From Clostridiales bacterium (GTDB lineage: Bacteria > Bacillota > Sulfobacillia > RBS10-35): a stretch of 64,000 bases of DNA. Below, one piece after another: positions 56,341-64,000 of this stretch (positions within the stretch are counted from its first letter, which is position 1; every line of letters starts with the position of its first letter). The stretch spans positions 27,697 to 91,696 of the forward strand of contig JAHHQG010000030.1 in the NCBI GenBank assembly GCA_018729555.1, read 5' to 3'. The notes under the pieces are model-generated. The model saw nothing but the letters and a program-made list of their open reading frames with translations, was not told the DNA's origin and ran no database searches. Made by a program: the position numbers and the translations under genes.

Positions 56341-57441
56341 CTACGCGCGAAGCTCCGAGGGTGCAGCCCCGGTGAGGGCCGCCACCTGGAGGGCCAGCTT
56401 CCTGAAGGTCTTCGCCGCCTCGCTCTCGGGGTCCGTCGCCACGATGGGCCGGCCGCTGTCGCTCCCTTCCCGCACTTTCACCTCGAGGGGGATCTGGGCG
56501 AGGAGCTCCGTTCCCAAGATCTGGGCCATCATCTTGCCGCCGCCCTTTCCGAAAATGTGGGTCACCTCGCCGCAGTGGGGGCAGCGGAAGTAGGCCATGT
56601 TCTCCACCACCCCGAGGATGCGGAGCTCCGTCTTCTCCGCGAAGATACCGGCCCGCTGGGCCACGTTGGTGGAGGTGGCTTCCGGCGTGGTGACCAGCAG
56701 CATCTGGGCCCGGCGGAGCTTGGTGGCCACCGTCAAGGCCACATCCCCCGTCCCCGGGGGAAGATCCACCAGGAGGTAATCCAGATCGCCCCAGAGGACA
56801 TCCCGCAAAAACTGCTCCACCGCCCCGCTGATCATGGGGCCCCGCCACACCACCGCCTGCCGGGGACCCGTGAGAAAGCCCATGGACATCACCTGCAACC
56901 CGTAGGCTTCCATGGGGACGATGGCCTTCTCAAAGACCCGGGGCGGCCCTTGGAGGTCCAGGAGGGTGGGGATGGAAAAGCCGTGGATGTCGGCATCCAG
57001 GAGTCCCACCCGATAGCCCTCCTGGGCGAGGGCCACCGCCAGGTTCACCGTGACGGTGGACTTCCCCACCCCCCCCTTGCCGCTGGCCACGGCGATGACC
57101 CGGGTGGGGCTGTCGGGGTCCAAGATGGCCGAGCGGGGCTGGGGCTGGGGCCCCCGGATCTTCTCCACCAGGGCCTGGCGCTGCTCCTCGGTCATGATGC
57201 CCAGCTTGACCCGCACCTCCCCCGCCCCGGCTCTTTCCCGCAGGGCTTTTTCCACGTCTCTTTCAATACGATGGGAAAGGGGACAACCTTCCACCGTCAG
57301 AAGGATCTCCACGAGGACCGTCGAACCTTCTATGTGAATATCCTGGACCATATCCAGATCCGTAATGGGGCGGCCCAGTTCCGGATCGTAGACCGAGGAC
57401 AGGGCTTCCCACACCGATTCGCGCGTGAGCACGGGGAACAC
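56341..57441 (-). CDS. Mrp/ApbC Fe-S carrier ATPase with a DUF59 N-terminus
   Basis: DPEL..T..GCP, SGKGGVGKST, DLPPGTGD and ENMAYFRCPHCG. Confidence 0.94.
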   Translation of the reverse strand: MFPVLTRESVWEALSSVYDPELGRPITDLDMVQDIHIEGSTVLVEILLTVEGCPLSHRIERDVEKALRERAGAGEVRVKLGIMTEEQRQALVEKIRGPQPQPRSAILDPDSPTRVIAVASGKGGVGKSTVTVNLAVALAQEGYRVGLLDADIHGFSIPTLLDLQGPPRVFEKAIVPMEAYGLQVMSMGFLTGPRQAVVWRGPMISGAVEQFLRDVLWGDLDYLLVDLPPGTGDVALTVATKLRRAQMLLVTTPEATSTNVAQRAGIFAEKTELRILGVVENMAYFRCPHCGEVTHIFGKGGGKMMAQILGTELLAQIPLEVKVREGSDSGRPIVATDPESEAAKTFRKLALQVAALTGAAPSELRA

Positions 57442-57583
57442 CTCCAGTCACCACCTCATTCTACCGTAGGATGGGTGGAGGGAAACCTCCAGCCCCAGGG
57501 ACCGCCAGAGATGGCAGAGGACGATACTCGCCAAGGCTTTTGGAAATCCGTATAGTGGTCAGTAACAGAAAGGCGGTGGGGCC

Positions 57584-58429
57584 ATGCACAGCCATACCTG
57601 GATCCTGGAACACCTGTCGGACGACGACCTCCGCTTCCTTGTCCGTGCTCTGGTCACCCGCCGCGACGACCACGAACATGTCGTGGAGGTCCTGCGGGAT
57701 AAGCCGGACCTGGTGGACATCATGCTGGAGGACCCCGCCCTCTTCGAGCGGCTCTGGGGGGATGCGGAAGCCCTCAACACCGTGTCGCCCTATCTCTTCT
57801 TCTCGGCGGCCCTGCGCCAGGTGCGGCGGGAAATGCGGGGATCGTCCCCGACCTTCGAGTTCGATGAGGACGATAGCCGCTACCCGGTTTTCGACGGGGC
57901 GGAGGTGCGGGCCTTCCTCTCGGATCCTGCCCGGCGCCACTACCTGGTGGAGCTCCTGGTCTCCTTCACCCGGGGCTACAGCCAAGGCCAGGGGGGCTCC
58001 CCCGAAAAGCGCACCATGAAGTGGCGCTTCGGCCACCTGGACCTGGCGGCCTTGGAACGCCTCCAGACCATCGTGGAGCCGGCCGATCGCTTTGCCGTGG
58101 ACCGGCGCATCGGGGACCTCAGCCTCTTCATGGCCGGCGCGTGCGTCAGCAGCGAAGCCAAACCCCTCATCCAAGAGCTGGCCCGGCAGGTGGGGATCCC
58201 CCTGGAGGGAAGCTCCCTTCGCGAGTCGGTGGAAGCCTTGGAGGAACACGGGCGCCGGGCTTACCTTCGGGTTTCCCAGCACCCCATCGCCATCCGCACC
58301 GGCCAATCGGCCCTCTTCCAGGTCCTGGCCAATGAAATCCACCTGGCCCGCAAGGCCCTCAACCACCTGCACCTCCACTACATGCCGCCCCTCCCGGGGC
58401 TGGCGGCCCCCCTCATGGGGACGGGCTGA
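57584..58429 (+). CDS. Hypothetical protein (helical, 281 aa)
   Basis: Coding-like codon usage; divergent from mrp; upstream TATAGT at 57551-57556; no motif recognised. Confidence 0.75.
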   Translation: MHSHTWILEHLSDDDLRFLVRALVTRRDDHEHVVEVLRDKPDLVDIMLEDPALFERLWGDAEALNTVSPYLFFSAALRQVRREMRGSSPTFEFDEDDSRYPVFDGAEVRAFLSDPARRHYLVELLVSFTRGYSQGQGGSPEKRTMKWRFGHLDLAALERLQTIVEPADRFAVDRRIGDLSLFMAGACVSSEAKPLIQELARQVGIPLEGSSLRESVEALEEHGRRAYLRVSQHPIAIRTGQSALFQVLANEIHLARKALNHLHLHYMPPLPGLAAPLMGTG

Positions 58430-58434
58430 TCCCT

Positions 58435-59838
58435 CTAGACGGTGTGGACTTTCATGAGGTTGGTGGTCCCCGGAGATCCCGGGGGCCATCCGGCCGTGAT
58501 GATCACCTGCTCGCCCCGGGAGAGGAGGCCCTTTTCCACGGCCGCCTCCATGCTCCTCACCAGGAGTTCGTCGGTGCTGCCGGCCGGGGGCATGAGGAAG
58601 GGAGTCACCCCCCAGACCAGCTTGAGCTTTCGCACCGTCTCCAGATGGGGTGTGGGCGCCAGGATGGGGATGGGAGGCCGCCAGGCCGCCACCATCCGGG
58701 CGGTGTAGCCCGACTCCGTCGGTGTCACGATGGCCCGGGCCCGAAGCTGAAGGGCCGCCTCCACCGATGCCCGGCAGACCGCCGCCGTCACGTCCCCTGC
58801 CCCCGACCCTCCCTTCCCCTGCAAGGCTACCGCCTGGCTGGCCCGGTCGGCGATCCGCTTCATGGTCATCACCGCCTCCACCGGGTGCTTCCCCACGGCG
58901 GTTTCCTCCGACAGCATGACGGCATCGGCCCCGTCCAGGATGGCGTTGGCCACATCGGCCGCCTCCGCCCGCGTGGGCCGGTTCTGGGTCGTCATCGATT
59001 CCAGCATCTCCGTGGCGATGATGACGGGCTTTCCGTGGAAAAGGCCTTCTTTCACCAGTTCCTTTTGCAGGAGGGGAAGCTCCTCCGGAGGGATCTCCAC
59101 CCCGAGATCCCCCCGGGCCACCATGACCCCATCGGCGGCCCGCCAGATCTCTTCCCGGTGATCCACCGCCACCTGGCTTTCCAGCTTGGCGATGAGCCAG
59201 GGGTGAAAGCCTCGGGCGGAAAGGGCCCGCCGCACCTCTTCCACGTCCTTCCCCCGCTGCACGAAGGAAAGGGCCACAAAGGCCGCCCCCGCCGAAAGGC
59301 CCGTTTCAAGTCCCTCCCAGTCCCGCTGGGTGAGGAGGGGGAGGGGCAGGGGAACGCCGGGGAGGACCATCTTCTTTCCCGAGGTGAGGATCCCCCCTTC
59401 CTCCACGGTGAAGACGACCCTCCCCTCCTCCACCGCCTCCACCCGGCCCTTGATGCGCCCATCGTGGAGGAGGACGGCCTGTCCCGGTTCCACCCACTCC
59501 CCAAGGGGGATCCCCGGCAAAAGGAGGACCCCCGGCCCGGGCCTTCCTTCGGGCACCACGGCCCACCTCTCCCCCGGCTTTAGCTCCGGCTCTCCCTCCA
59601 CCTCCACCCGCAGCTCCGGACCGGCGGTGTCCAAAAGAAGGGGAGGGCGCAAAAGGGGGTCCGGGAGAAGGGCTTCCACCCGATCCGCCCAAAAGGCCAC
59701 CTCGTCGGGACCCGTGTGGGAGAGGTTGATGCGCAGCACATCGGCCCCCGCCTGAAGGACCCCCAAGAGCTTTTGGGGGTCCTTCAGGGAAGGACCGAGG
59801 GTCGCGATGATCTTGGCTCCCACCCTTCCCCTCCTCAC
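58435..59838 (-). CDS. pyk: Pyruvate kinase
   Basis: KIIATLGP, RINLSH, DTAGPELR, MVARGDLG, ATEMLESM and DAVMLS. Confidence 0.95.
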   Translation of the reverse strand: MRRGRVGAKIIATLGPSLKDPQKLLGVLQAGADVLRINLSHTGPDEVAFWADRVEALLPDPLLRPPLLLDTAGPELRVEVEGEPELKPGERWAVVPEGRPGPGVLLLPGIPLGEWVEPGQAVLLHDGRIKGRVEAVEEGRVVFTVEEGGILTSGKKMVLPGVPLPLPLLTQRDWEGLETGLSAGAAFVALSFVQRGKDVEEVRRALSARGFHPWLIAKLESQVAVDHREEIWRAADGVMVARGDLGVEIPPEELPLLQKELVKEGLFHGKPVIIATEMLESMTTQNRPTRAEAADVANAILDGADAVMLSEETAVGKHPVEAVMTMKRIADRASQAVALQGKGGSGAGDVTAAVCRASVEAALQLRARAIVTPTESGYTARMVAAWRPPIPILAPTPHLETVRKLKLVWGVTPFLMPPAGSTDELLVRSMEAAVEKGLLSRGEQVIITAGWPPGSPGTTNLMKVHTV

Positions 59839-60791
59839 CGCGACAAGGTGGCAGCCAGCTCTAAGTATTTCCGGGGATAAGGGGGCGGAAGCTCCAGGGC
59901 CTCTTCCAGGTCCAGGAGATGGACCTCATCCCCCTTCACGCCCACCAAGACGTTTTTCTCCCCTTGGGCCAGGGCTTCCACCGCCCGGCTCCCCAGGCGG
60001 GCCGCCAGGATGCGGTCCTGGGCCGTGGGGGAGCCCCCCCGCTGGATATGGCCCAGGACCGTCACATGGGCGGAAAGGCCCATGGCCCCCAAGGCCTCGG
60101 CCACCTCGCCTCCTTTGCCGGCCCCCTCCGCCACCACCACCAGGCTGTAAAGCTTTCCCCGCCTTCGGCTTTCGATGAGCCGCCGCGCCACTTCCTCGAG
60201 GGAAATGGGCGCTTCCGGGATGAGGATGGGGTCTCCGCCGGCGGCGAGGCCGGCATAGAGGGCCAGGGCCCCCGAGTGGCGGCCCATGACTTCCACCACG
60301 AAGATGCGCTCGTGGCTGGTGGCCGTATCCCGCAGGCGATCCATGGCCTCCACCGCCGTGTTGACGGCGGTGTCAAATCCCACCGTCCGGTCGGTACCCC
60401 CCATGTCGTTGTCGATGGTGGCGGGCACCACCGCCACCGGGATCCCCAGGCGGGAAAGGGCCAGCGCCCCCCGGGCGGTGCCGTTGCCCCCCACCGCCAC
60501 CAGGGCCTCCACCCCCCACGCCTTAAGGCGCCGGGCGGCTTCTTCCTGGTGGCGCCGTTCCATAAAGGCCGGGGAGCGGCCCGCCAGGAGTAGGGTGCCT
60601 CCCCGGTGGACCATCCCCGCCACATCTTCGGTGGTCAGAAGGCGGGCATCGCCGTCCAGAAGGCCCTGGAACCCCCGGCGGACCCCCATCACCTCGATGC
60701 CTAAAGCTTCGGCCTGGCGCACCACCGCCCGCAGAACGGCGTTCATGCCGGGGGCGTCCCCCCCGGAGGTGAGGACCGCCAGGCGCTTCAT
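59835..60791 (-). CDS. pfkA: ATP-dependent 6-phosphofructokinase
   Basis: TSGGDAPGMN, TIDND, VEVMGR and LGHIQRGG. Confidence 0.95.
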   Translation of the reverse strand: MKRLAVLTSGGDAPGMNAVLRAVVRQAEALGIEVMGVRRGFQGLLDGDARLLTTEDVAGMVHRGGTLLLAGRSPAFMERRHQEEAARRLKAWGVEALVAVGGNGTARGALALSRLGIPVAVVPATIDNDMGGTDRTVGFDTAVNTAVEAMDRLRDTATSHERIFVVEVMGRHSGALALYAGLAAGGDPILIPEAPISLEEVARRLIESRRRGKLYSLVVVAEGAGKGGEVAEALGAMGLSAHVTVLGHIQRGGSPTAQDRILAARLGSRAVEALAQGEKNVLVGVKGDEVHLLDLEEALELPPPYPRKYLELAATLSR

Positions 60792-61051
60792 AGGCCGTCG
60801 GAGGGGGGCCGTAGCCGCCGCTTCTTGGGGGAGGCCAGGAAGGCCGTCAGCACTTCATGGGCTTCGGCCGCTTCCGATTCGGGCACCAGCACATCGTAGG
60901 GGGCGCTGGGGCCCATGTGGGGGACTCCCCCCGGCCGCAGCATGACGAGGAAGCCTTCTTCTTCCAAAAGCTCCTTCACCATCTGGGCCCACGTTTCGTT
61001 GGGCGCGATGTAAAGAACCTTCCAGGAAGGCGCAGAACCCACCATCGCCAT
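60788..61051 (-). CDS. DUF2007-like small protein
   Basis: WKVLYIAP..A..VKELLEEEG..VLVPESEA.EAHEVL; ATGA coupling to pfkA. Confidence 0.75.
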   Translation of the reverse strand: MAMVGSAPSWKVLYIAPNETWAQMVKELLEEEGFLVMLRPGGVPHMGPSAPYDVLVPESEAAEAHEVLTAFLASPKKRRLRPPSDGL

Positions 61052-61108
61052 GGCCTCCTTCCAGCTGCCCTGCGGCCTACCTTCGACCCGCCTCGACAGC
61101 CTTCCTCC

Positions 61109-61429
61109 TCAGCTGAAAAGATTTTGCAGCTTCAGCGCCAGGCCCATGTCGCCCTGGACCTTGAGCTTTCCCTGCATGAAGGCCGCCATGGGATTGAGTT
61201 TGCCTTCCAAAAGGGCCCCCATATCCTCCACCGCCATGGAGACCGTCACCTTCGGGGAAGGGTGGGTCCCCTCCAGGATCTCCACCTCTCCATCCTTCGC
61301 CTCGGCGTAGAAGCTTCCGCCACCTTCGCCCGTCAGGTGGAACTGGAAGGATCCCGAGAGACCCGCCACCTGCTCCTTTTTCCCTTCCAGCGACGTCCTC
61401 AGCTTCTCGATGGCTTCGCTGACCGTCAT
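61109..61429 (-). CDS. SCP2 sterol-binding domain protein
   Basis: FQFHLTGEGGG and GKLNPMAAFMQGKLKVQGDMGLALKL. Confidence 0.92.
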   Translation of the reverse strand: MTVSEAIEKLRTSLEGKKEQVAGLSGSFQFHLTGEGGGSFYAEAKDGEVEILEGTHPSPKVTVSMAVEDMGALLEGKLNPMAAFMQGKLKVQGDMGLALKLQNLFS

Positions 61430-61488
61430 GATCGACCGCCTTTCCCATGGAAAGTCATTCCCATTATCCTACAAAGGAGGTGACGTCG

Positions 61489-62412
61489 ATGCAGGAACGG
61501 GTCGGGTTTATCGGCCTTGGCATCATGGGAAGGGCCATGGCCTTGAACATCTTAAAGAAAGGATTTCCCCTGACCGTCTGGAACCGCACCCCCGAAAAGA
61601 TGGAGGCCATCGCCCGCGAAGGGGCGGAAAAAGGGGCGAACCCCGCAGATGTGGCCCGAAAGGTCACGGTGGTCTGCACCTGCGTCGGCGGCCCCGACGA
61701 TCTCCTGGAGGTGGTGGCCGGCCCGAAGGGCCTTTTGGAAGGCGCCCAGCAGCGACAAGGGGAACATGGCCCCCTTTTGCACGTCGATTTCTCCACCGTC
61801 TCCCCCGAGGCCTCCCAGAAGGTAGCCCGCCTGTGGGAGGAGGCCGGCGGCCGCTTCCTGGAAGCCCCCGTCACCGGCGGGGAAAAGGGCGCCAAGGAAG
61901 GAACCCTCACCATCATGGCGGGGGGCCATGAGGAGGATTTCCAGAGGGCCCTTCCCATCCTTGAGGCCGTGGGGGAACGGATCCACCTCATCGGTCCCCA
62001 CGGTTCCGGCCAGCTTTTGAAGCTCATCGGCAACATGATCGGGGGCATCGCCCTCTGGGGTGCCCTGGAAGGCCTTCTCCTGGCGGAACGGGGCGGCCTT
62101 CCCATGGACCAGGTGAAGGAAGTCCTCACCCACTCCAGCGCCGACTCCGCCTCCTTGCGCCTCCTCCTCCAGAGGCTGGAAAGCGGCCGGTATCACCCCG
62201 GCTTTCCCTTGAAACACCGCCTGAAGGATTTCCGCCTGGCCCTCCGGGAAGGGGAGCGGAAAGGGGTGCCCCTCCCCGCCGCCGCCCTGGTGACCCAGAT
62301 GTATGGGTCGGCCTTCTCCATGGGGCTGGGCGAGGACGATCAAACGGCCGTCTACCCCTTTTTCAAGGAGCGGTTCTTGGGCTTTCACCCGGAAGAAAAG
62401 AAAGCGCGTTAG
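61489..62412 (+). CDS. Beta-hydroxyacid dehydrogenase (3-hydroxyisobutyrate dehydrogenase/GarR family)
   Basis: FIGLGIMG, WNRT, EAPVTGG, KLIGN and KDFRLA. Confidence 0.92.
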   Translation: MQERVGFIGLGIMGRAMALNILKKGFPLTVWNRTPEKMEAIAREGAEKGANPADVARKVTVVCTCVGGPDDLLEVVAGPKGLLEGAQQRQGEHGPLLHVDFSTVSPEASQKVARLWEEAGGRFLEAPVTGGEKGAKEGTLTIMAGGHEEDFQRALPILEAVGERIHLIGPHGSGQLLKLIGNMIGGIALWGALEGLLLAERGGLPMDQVKEVLTHSSADSASLRLLLQRLESGRYHPGFPLKHRLKDFRLALREGERKGVPLPAAALVTQMYGSAFSMGLGEDDQTAVYPFFKERFLGFHPEEKKAR

Positions 62413-62444
62413 GCCCCTTCGAGAAGGGGACCCACCCGATGGAA

Positions 62445-62478
62445 AGGGAAGGGCCCCTCAGCTGAGGGGCCCTTCCCT
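62445..62478. repeat. Perfect 34-bp palindrome between convergent genes (probable terminator)
   Basis: AGGGAAGGGCCCCTCAG|CTGAGGGGCCCTTCCCT; no adjacent U-tract. Confidence 0.75.
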
Positions 62479-62500
62479 CAGGAAGGCCGCTTGACGGTTT

Positions 62501-64000
62501 TTAGAGCTCTCCGTAGGTCCTCTCCCCCATGAGATAGGTGGCCAGGACCCGGATCTCCGAGAGTTCCTCGGGGTCCACCTCAAAGGGATCCCGATCCAGG
62601 ATCACCAGGTCGGCGCTTTCGCCGGGAAGGAGCCTTCCCCGTTCCCCTTCGGCCCCCAGGGCATAGGCGCCTCCATACGTATAAAGGTGAAGGGCCTCTT
62701 CCAGCGAAAGCTTCTCCTCGGGTTGCCAGCCCCCTTTTGGCTCTCCTTTCTCATCCTGCCGGAGGACGGCCGCCTGAACCCCCTCCAAGGGGTTTAGGGG
62801 CTCGATGGGGCAGTCGGAGCTAAAGGCGAGGGGAACGCCCGCCCGAAGAAGGCTCTTCCAGGCGTAGGAGCTTTTCCCCCGCTCCGGCCCCACCCGCTTC
62901 TCGATGATGGGAAGATCGCTCTTCACAAACCTCGGCTGCACATCCCCCACCATCCCCAGGGCTGCCATGCGGGAAAACTGGGACGGCTCCATGATCTGGC
63001 AGTGGATCAAGCGGGGGCGAAAGACGGCCCGGGGCCCCCTCCCCCAGAGGCCCTCCCCTTCCAAGGTCTTTCTCACCTCGGCCACGGTGCGGAGGACCTG
63101 CTCCGCCGCCGCATCGCCGATGGCGTGGATGCACACCCCGATGCCCGCCCGGAGGGCCCCTTCCACCGCCTCCTCCAGGGATTCATCGTCCCAGAGGAGA
63201 AGCCCCCGGTTCCCGGGATCGTCGCTGTAGGGTTCGAGGAGGGCCGCTGTCCGCCCTCCTAAGGAACCGTCGGTGAAGATCTTGGCTTCACCATAGAGGA
63301 AGAGGGGCGACGTCCCCACCGGCTGACCCGTCCGAACTCCCTTCCCTTTGGCTTCCTCCAAAAGCTCGATGGGAAAATCCCAGGAGACCCGGACGGGAAG
63401 GAGACCTTCTTCCGCCAGCTCCCCGTAGATGGCTTCCACATCCTCGAAGGACGGATGACCGTCGGTGGGGTAGACGTGGCGGCTGCCGTCGTTGGAGTGG
63501 AGGGTGGTGATGCCCACCCGGGCCGCCTCCAGGGCTCCCTTCCGGACGTACCCCTTCCACTGGCTCCGGGAAAGCGAAGGCATGGCCCCCGCTACCCAGG
63601 CGATGGCCCCTTCCCGGAGGATCCCCGTAGGGATACCCTCCTCATCGAGATCCACCAGGGAAGGCGGAAGCTCCCGCTGCCCGGGCCAGACGCCCGCCGC
63701 CTTCAGGGCCGCCGTGTTGGCCAGGGCCACATGGCCGCAGCGGCGGCGGAGGAGAAGGGGCCGCTCCCCCGTGGCCGGGTCCACGTCCTTTCGGTGGGGA
63801 AGGCGGCCTTCCGCAAAGCGGGCATCGTCCCAGCCGTGGCCGAAGATCCAGCCCTCCCCGGGAGCTTCTTTCACCTTCGCCACCAGCTCCGCGATGCTTC
63901 CCACCTGGGTGAGGTCCAACTCGTGGAGGAGCTTTCCCAGCATGAAAAGGTGCAGGTGGCTATCGATGAAGCCCGGCATGATGAAGCCTTCCCCGGCATC
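62501..64000 (-). CDS. YtcJ-like amidohydrolase (Amidohydro_3), 5'-truncated by the window edge
   Basis: PGFIDSHLH, DGSLGGRTA, HAIGD, RLIHCQ, FSSDCP and ADLVILD. Confidence 0.92.
   Translation of the reverse strand, partial: DAGEGFIMPGFIDSHLHLFMLGKLLHELDLTQVGSIAELVAKVKEAPGEGWIFGHGWDDARFAEGRLPHRKDVDPATGERPLLLRRRCGHVALANTAALKAAGVWPGQRELPPSLVDLDEEGIPTGILREGAIAWVAGAMPSLSRSQWKGYVRKGALEAARVGITTLHSNDGSRHVYPTDGHPSFEDVEAIYGELAEEGLLPVRVSWDFPIELLEEAKGKGVRTGQPVGTSPLFLYGEAKIFTDGSLGGRTAALLEPYSDDPGNRGLLLWDDESLEEAVEGALRAGIGVCIHAIGDAAAEQVLRTVAEVRKTLEGEGLWGRGPRAVFRPRLIHCQIMEPSQFSRMAALGMVGDVQPRFVKSDLPIIEKRVGPERGKSSYAWKSLLRAGVPLAFSSDCPIEPLNPLEGVQAAVLRQDEKGEPKGGWQPEEKLSLEEALHLYTYGGAYALGAEGERGRLLPGESADLVILDRDPFEVDPEELSEIRVLATYLMGERTYGEL

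Noticed and set aside
52583-57583. Cobalamin riboswitch for the pduO and btuF-like genes
   Set aside because: The genes overlap with no leader space, and no B12-box was recognised upstream of mrp.
1-64000. Many long antisense or alternate-frame ORFs (e.g. 18140-19813, 20471-22372, 39943-41874, 54571-56277)
   Set aside because: They shadow well-supported genes, lack motifs, and are expected in high-GC DNA with few stop codons.
1-64000. CRISPR array, rRNA, prophage or integrase
   Set aside because: No regularly spaced repeats, rRNA-like sequence, or phage or recombinase motifs were seen.

Overview
High-GC bacterial chromosomal window. It is most consistent with a thermophile-like Bacillota lineage, inferred from YerB/DUF3048, PrsA, a GH18-SH3 protein, DUF2007-pfkA-pyk, polA-mutM...coaE-slt synteny, sigma-A-type promoters and CCA-encoding tRNAs. 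Most of it is housekeeping: a fluoride riboswitch with fluc and DUF190; csp; a type-E (CCG/HdrB-anchored) succinate dehydrogenase; a MoxR-DUF58-transglutaminase operon; pspA facing htpX-pspAB; trxB-acyl-CoA dehydrogenase; three tRNA-Leu genes; an ECF sigma/anti-sigma pair; a 2-oxoacid dehydrogenase E1/E2 cluster; cobalamin-handling genes; and pfk/pyk. An approximately 12 kb accessory block separates mutM from coaE. It carries a second penicillin-acylase paralog, decayed ISL3 elements, lower-GC gene remnants and a kdp cluster with a split KdpD. The most unusual signal is a set of intact-looking genes whose catalytic residues are replaced: an HtrA/PDZ protein lacking the whole triad, a KdpD kinase lacking the phospho-His (no kdpE nearby), a GGDEF domain keeping only the RxxD I-site, and an isochorismatase-like protein lacking its Cys. 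No CRISPR array, rRNA or prophage was seen. All calls come from reading motifs by eye; no database searches were run.
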